In this document: positions 27,222 through 30,139 of the stretch, piece after piece
How the letters are laid out: each line of letters starts with the position of its first letter
Position numbering within the stretch: the stretch's first letter is position 1
Source: a virus
Taxonomy: Duplodnaviria > Caudoviricetes
Direction: 5' to 3' (one strand)
Virus record (IMG/VR): IMGVR_UViG_3300025018_000422
Coordinates: 1-30,139 of that record
Length of the DNA: 30,139 bases
Made by a program: the position numbers and the translations under genes
The notes under the pieces: generated by a model
Seen by the model: only the letters and a program-made list of their open reading frames with translations
Told to the model about the DNA's origin: nothing
Databases searched by the model: none

Positions 27222-28019
27222 ATGTCTCAAATAATTCCAAAGGTATTCTATACTTTATGTAATCATTTTTTTTATGAAGATGGAACTAGGGCCAAATTTA
27301 AGTTAGAATCTAAATCAATTTCTGTATCAGATCCTTTCGTTGAATATTTGGAAAAAGAAGTTCTAATAAAATTAAAAAAAATAAAATACATTGTAGCTCC
27401 TCTTCATATATCCCCAGATTTGGCATTTTATGAAGAAGAAAATAAACTTGACAACATATTCGGAATTGAGGTAAAAACATCAAAGAATAAATCTGGGGAT
27501 ATTAATTTCAATTCGACTCCTCCATGCGGTAAAATTATTATTGAAGTAGACGAAAAAGAAGAGACCGTTTCGTCTTATTATTTATTTGTTCAACTAAGTC
27601 CTCTTGACGAAGAAAATTCATTTGAAATTGGAACAATGATGCTTATTGATGGAGATTTTATAAACTCTGATTTTGATCTGTATCTTGAAGCAATCGGGAT
27701 TCGTGAAAAAAGAATTGATCTTGGTTCTTATGGAGATGGAATGGATAGGCAAAGACCAATGTTTGTATTTCCTAATCCGCTAGGTATCTCTGGGCTTAGA
27801 AGCGAAAGATCAACATTGATATCGAAAGAAAGATTTGGCTCTCTTGAATTTGATGATGAAATAGGAATGGTTGCAGTTCTAAATCGTGAAGGCAAGAAAT
27901 TCTTTGCTTATCAGGCGGTTAGAAATCTAAATGGACCATTCGTCAATGTGACAAGATCTACTTCTACAAAGATTCGAAATAAATTGAAAATAAAAACAAA
28001 GAAAGAAAATACAGAATGA
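27222..28019 (+). CDS. PD-(D/E)XK nuclease, type II restriction endonuclease-like
   Basis: SPDL...FGIEVK...INFNSTPP. ATGA overlap with the downstream methyltransferase. Confidence 0.6.
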   Translation: MSQIIPKVFYTLCNHFFYEDGTRAKFKLESKSISVSDPFVEYLEKEVLIKLKKIKYIVAPLHISPDLAFYEEENKLDNIFGIEVKTSKNKSGDINFNSTPPCGKIIIEVDEKEETVSSYYLFVQLSPLDEENSFEIGTMMLIDGDFINSDFDLYLEAIGIREKRIDLGSYGDGMDRQRPMFVFPNPLGISGLRSERSTLISKERFGSLEFDDEIGMVAVLNREGKKFFAYQAVRNLNGPFVNVTRSTSTKIRNKLKIKTKKENTE

Positions 28020-28669
28020 TCGAACAAGTTCAAAATAAAAAATACAATATTATCTATGCAGATCCTGCATGGTCATATAATGACAAAATGCATGCAGGAG
28101 AGCGAGGAGCCGATTATAAATATAAAACAATGTCGATTCCTGAAATTTGTAATCTTCCAATTAGAAATATTGCATCAGACAATTCTCGTCTTTTTCTTTG
28201 GGTAACAATGCCTTTTATTTTTGAAGCAGAAAAGGTTATGAATGCTTGGGGTTTTGATTTCAAAACTTGTGGTTTTGTATGGATCAAGACAAATCCAAAG
28301 GGAGACAAGGCAATGAAAGAAGTAAATAAGCTTTTCAAGGACAAGTTTGAAGAGAATAAACTTGTCTCCATTGAAGAACTTTTGCCACTTATTTTGAAGC
28401 TTTGTTTTATGGGAAACGGCTCATATAGTCGAAGTAATGCGGAACTTTGTTTGGTTGGAACTCGCGGAAAAATGGAAAGAAAAAGTGCAAGCGTTCGTTC
28501 TGTTATATTTTCACCGATTAGAGAGCACAGCGAAAAACCACCGGAGGCTAGAGAAAGAATTGAACAACTTTATGGAGACGTTCCAAGAGTTGAGCTTTTT
28601 GCAAGAGGAAGAGCTTCTGAAGGATGGGATATTTGGGGAAATGAAGCAATTGATGGAATTACCTTATAA
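28016..28669 (+). CDS. MT-A70 family amino-methyltransferase (m6A/m4C)
   Basis: IIYADPAWSY, LFLWVT, AWGF..KT..FVWIK, RSNAE.CL, HSEKP, RVELFAR and GWDIWGNE. Confidence 0.92.
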   Translation: MIEQVQNKKYNIIYADPAWSYNDKMHAGERGADYKYKTMSIPEICNLPIRNIASDNSRLFLWVTMPFIFEAEKVMNAWGFDFKTCGFVWIKTNPKGDKAMKEVNKLFKDKFEENKLVSIEELLPLILKLCFMGNGSYSRSNAELCLVGTRGKMERKSASVRSVIFSPIREHSEKPPEARERIEQLYGDVPRVELFARGRASEGWDIWGNEAIDGITL

Positions 28670-29520
28670 TGACGCAATATGATCAATGTGATATAAAAGA
28701 AAACATCAAAGAAGATGTTGACAGTTTGGATGAACAAGAAGATATTTCAAATATAGAATTTTTTTCTGAAATTCCTGATGAAAAAAATTCAAAAGAATCG
28801 GTCGATCATATAGCGATGAAGATTGAGGCGGAAGCATTTAAAAGAATTATAGAGAGCATATCAAAATTTAAAATAAAAAACCTTAAAGAAGACATTGAAG
28901 CTTGTCAGTCGTCATTTGATTCTTTGATAACAGAACTTAAAAAGATTGTTCTAGAATTTTCAGGAAACGATCACGAATACAGATATCAAATTTATGATTC
29001 CATGTATCACATTCTAAAAAAAGAAGATTTTCTTTTTCCTTTGTTAAACATATCAATCCAAAAATGCGAAGATGAAGAAGAAAATTTGTGCGAAGTAGAA
29101 ATTCGAACAAATCCAACATTAGAAGAAATCAAAGAAAGAACAGAAGGATTTACATTATTTGAAAGGGTTCCTGGACTTCTTTTTAGAAATCATTATGAAG
29201 ATGAAAATTTTGATAAATTATTAAATTCTCCAGTTGTATGTAGAGTTCGTTATCTTTTAAGAGATTTAAAAGAAGAAATGGAGATGACTACAGAAAAAAT
29301 AATTCCAACAACGGAATTAAAGAAGTGTCTAGATAAAGCCTATCAAGAATACCGCCCTCAAATAAGCACAGAAAGTCAATTTTACAGTTATTCTTACGAT
29401 AAAATAGACTTTAAATCTAACTATATTAATTATAAGATAGATCTAAATGTAGAAAATCTGGCATGGGTTAGAATGGATCTTCGACTTCGAAACAATTGTA
29501 TTTTGACAGGTTCAATATGA
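28669..29520 (+). CDS. hypothetical acidic protein
   Basis: 283-aa ORF with a TAATG overlap. Confidence 0.7.
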   Translation: MTQYDQCDIKENIKEDVDSLDEQEDISNIEFFSEIPDEKNSKESVDHIAMKIEAEAFKRIIESISKFKIKNLKEDIEACQSSFDSLITELKKIVLEFSGNDHEYRYQIYDSMYHILKKEDFLFPLLNISIQKCEDEEENLCEVEIRTNPTLEEIKERTEGFTLFERVPGLLFRNHYEDENFDKLLNSPVVCRVRYLLRDLKEEMEMTTEKIIPTTELKKCLDKAYQEYRPQISTESQFYSYSYDKIDFKSNYINYKIDLNVENLAWVRMDLRLRNNCILTGSI

Positions 29521-29639
29521 CAAAAGACAAAGAAATTTACCTGATTTGGACGTTAATAAGCTTGATGCGCCTGTAATCGTAGCAATCCTTCTTGGAACAA
29601 AAACAAAAAACATGAACTTCCTTCAAGAACATATTTTCT

Positions 29640-29671
29640 AGCCCATTGCGAAAATCACAATGGGCTTTTTT
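29640..29671 (+). terminator. Rho-independent terminator at the convergence of + and - strand genes
   Basis: AGCCCATTG-cgaaaatca-CAATGGGCT followed by TTTTT. Confidence 0.75.
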
Positions 29672-29686
29672 AAGAATCAAAGAATA

Positions 29687-29962
29687 TTAAACAAATCGTT
29701 TTGTCTCTTCTTCATATTGATCTAAGATATTACTAATTTTTTGCCATTGGTCTAAAGGTCTTTTGACCTTAAAAAAATCTTCCTCTTTTTTTCTGTACAG
29801 ATCTAACTTTTCTTTTAAAGTTTCGCCTTGGCGTTGTTCTATTATTTGCTCAAATACCAGCAGAGGCTCATGTGTTTCTATTTTTTTAATTGTTTTATCA
29901 ATCATGTTGTCTGGAACTTCCCATTTTCCAGAAGACATCATTTTTGCAAAATATTGCATCAT
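29687..29962 (-). CDS. hypothetical protein (frame stays open upstream to 30082; may be the 3' part of a frameshifted gene)
   Basis: 91-aa ORF. The same frame reads VLGGYDLGASSGITPQQAAFEHKIKSLHDVFWTARSEGKT upstream of the ATG. Confidence 0.6.
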   Translation of the reverse strand: MMQYFAKMMSSGKWEVPDNMIDKTIKKIETHEPLLVFEQIIEQRQGETLKEKLDLYRKKEEDFFKVKRPLDQWQKISNILDQYEEETKRFV

Positions 29963-30139
29963 TGTTTTTCCTTCGGATCTTGCCGTCCAAAAAACATCAT
30001 GTAAACTCTTGATTTTGTGCTCAAAAGCAGCTTGTTGTGGTGTTATTCCTGATGACGCCCCGAGGTCGTACCCTCCCAGGACTCACGCCCCCATCCTTCT
30101 GTCTGTATTATTTTTTTTTTAACTTGTTGACGAACCATG

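Noticed and set aside
29517-29641. Short ORFs and an AAATTTA slippery heptamer before the terminator
   Set aside because: The ORFs are very short and the heptamer is in the wrong phase to join them.
29763-30122. 119-aa plus-strand ORF, and the many antisense ORFs inside larger genes
   Set aside because: Shadow frames of real genes, with no motifs or initiation signals.
1-30139. tRNA, rRNA, CRISPR array or alternative genetic code
   Set aside because: No cloverleaf or repeat-spacer pattern was seen in the short intergenic gaps. Genes tile densely under the standard code using all three stops, and the breaks found are frame changes rather than in-frame stops.

Overview
AT-rich, gene-dense, almost entirely + strand segment that reads as the DNA replication and nucleotide-metabolism module of a large tailed bacteriophage (T4-like/huge-phage type). 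Family calls come from motifs I recognised by eye; no database search was run. In order it holds: the 3' end of a degenerate PolA-like gene, an HD-fold protein without its metal ligands, gp32-like SSB, RecA/UvsX, dUTPase, 5'-3' exonuclease, DnaB/gp41 helicase, split class II ribonucleotide reductase (NrdJa/NrdJb), DHFR, a SLOG protein, DnaE (Pol III alpha) with a LAGLIDADG intein, two NAD-dependent epimerases, an HD nucleotidase, IMPDH/GMP reductase, and a PD-(D/E)XK nuclease plus MT-A70 methyltransferase pair. The most unusual feature is the 5' end of dnaE. Its PHP-domain start (KKFFGLHAHTG.S) occurs twice, in synonymously diverged copies flanking a free-standing homing-type endonuclease, and neither copy is in frame with the polymerase body. 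The proximal copy ends in AGT-TA-AGT, where a stop codon lies between matched Ser codons, so this is a candidate 5-nt ribosomal hop or recoding site. Other points of interest: a sigma54 (-24/-12) promoter with two IHF-like sites before the SSB gene, a candidate late-promoter motif (ATAWTTA) before genes with capsid-targeting-like N-termini, a diverged tail-tube-like gene inside the replication module, and two further apparent frameshifts that could be recoding, pseudogenisation or assembly indels.
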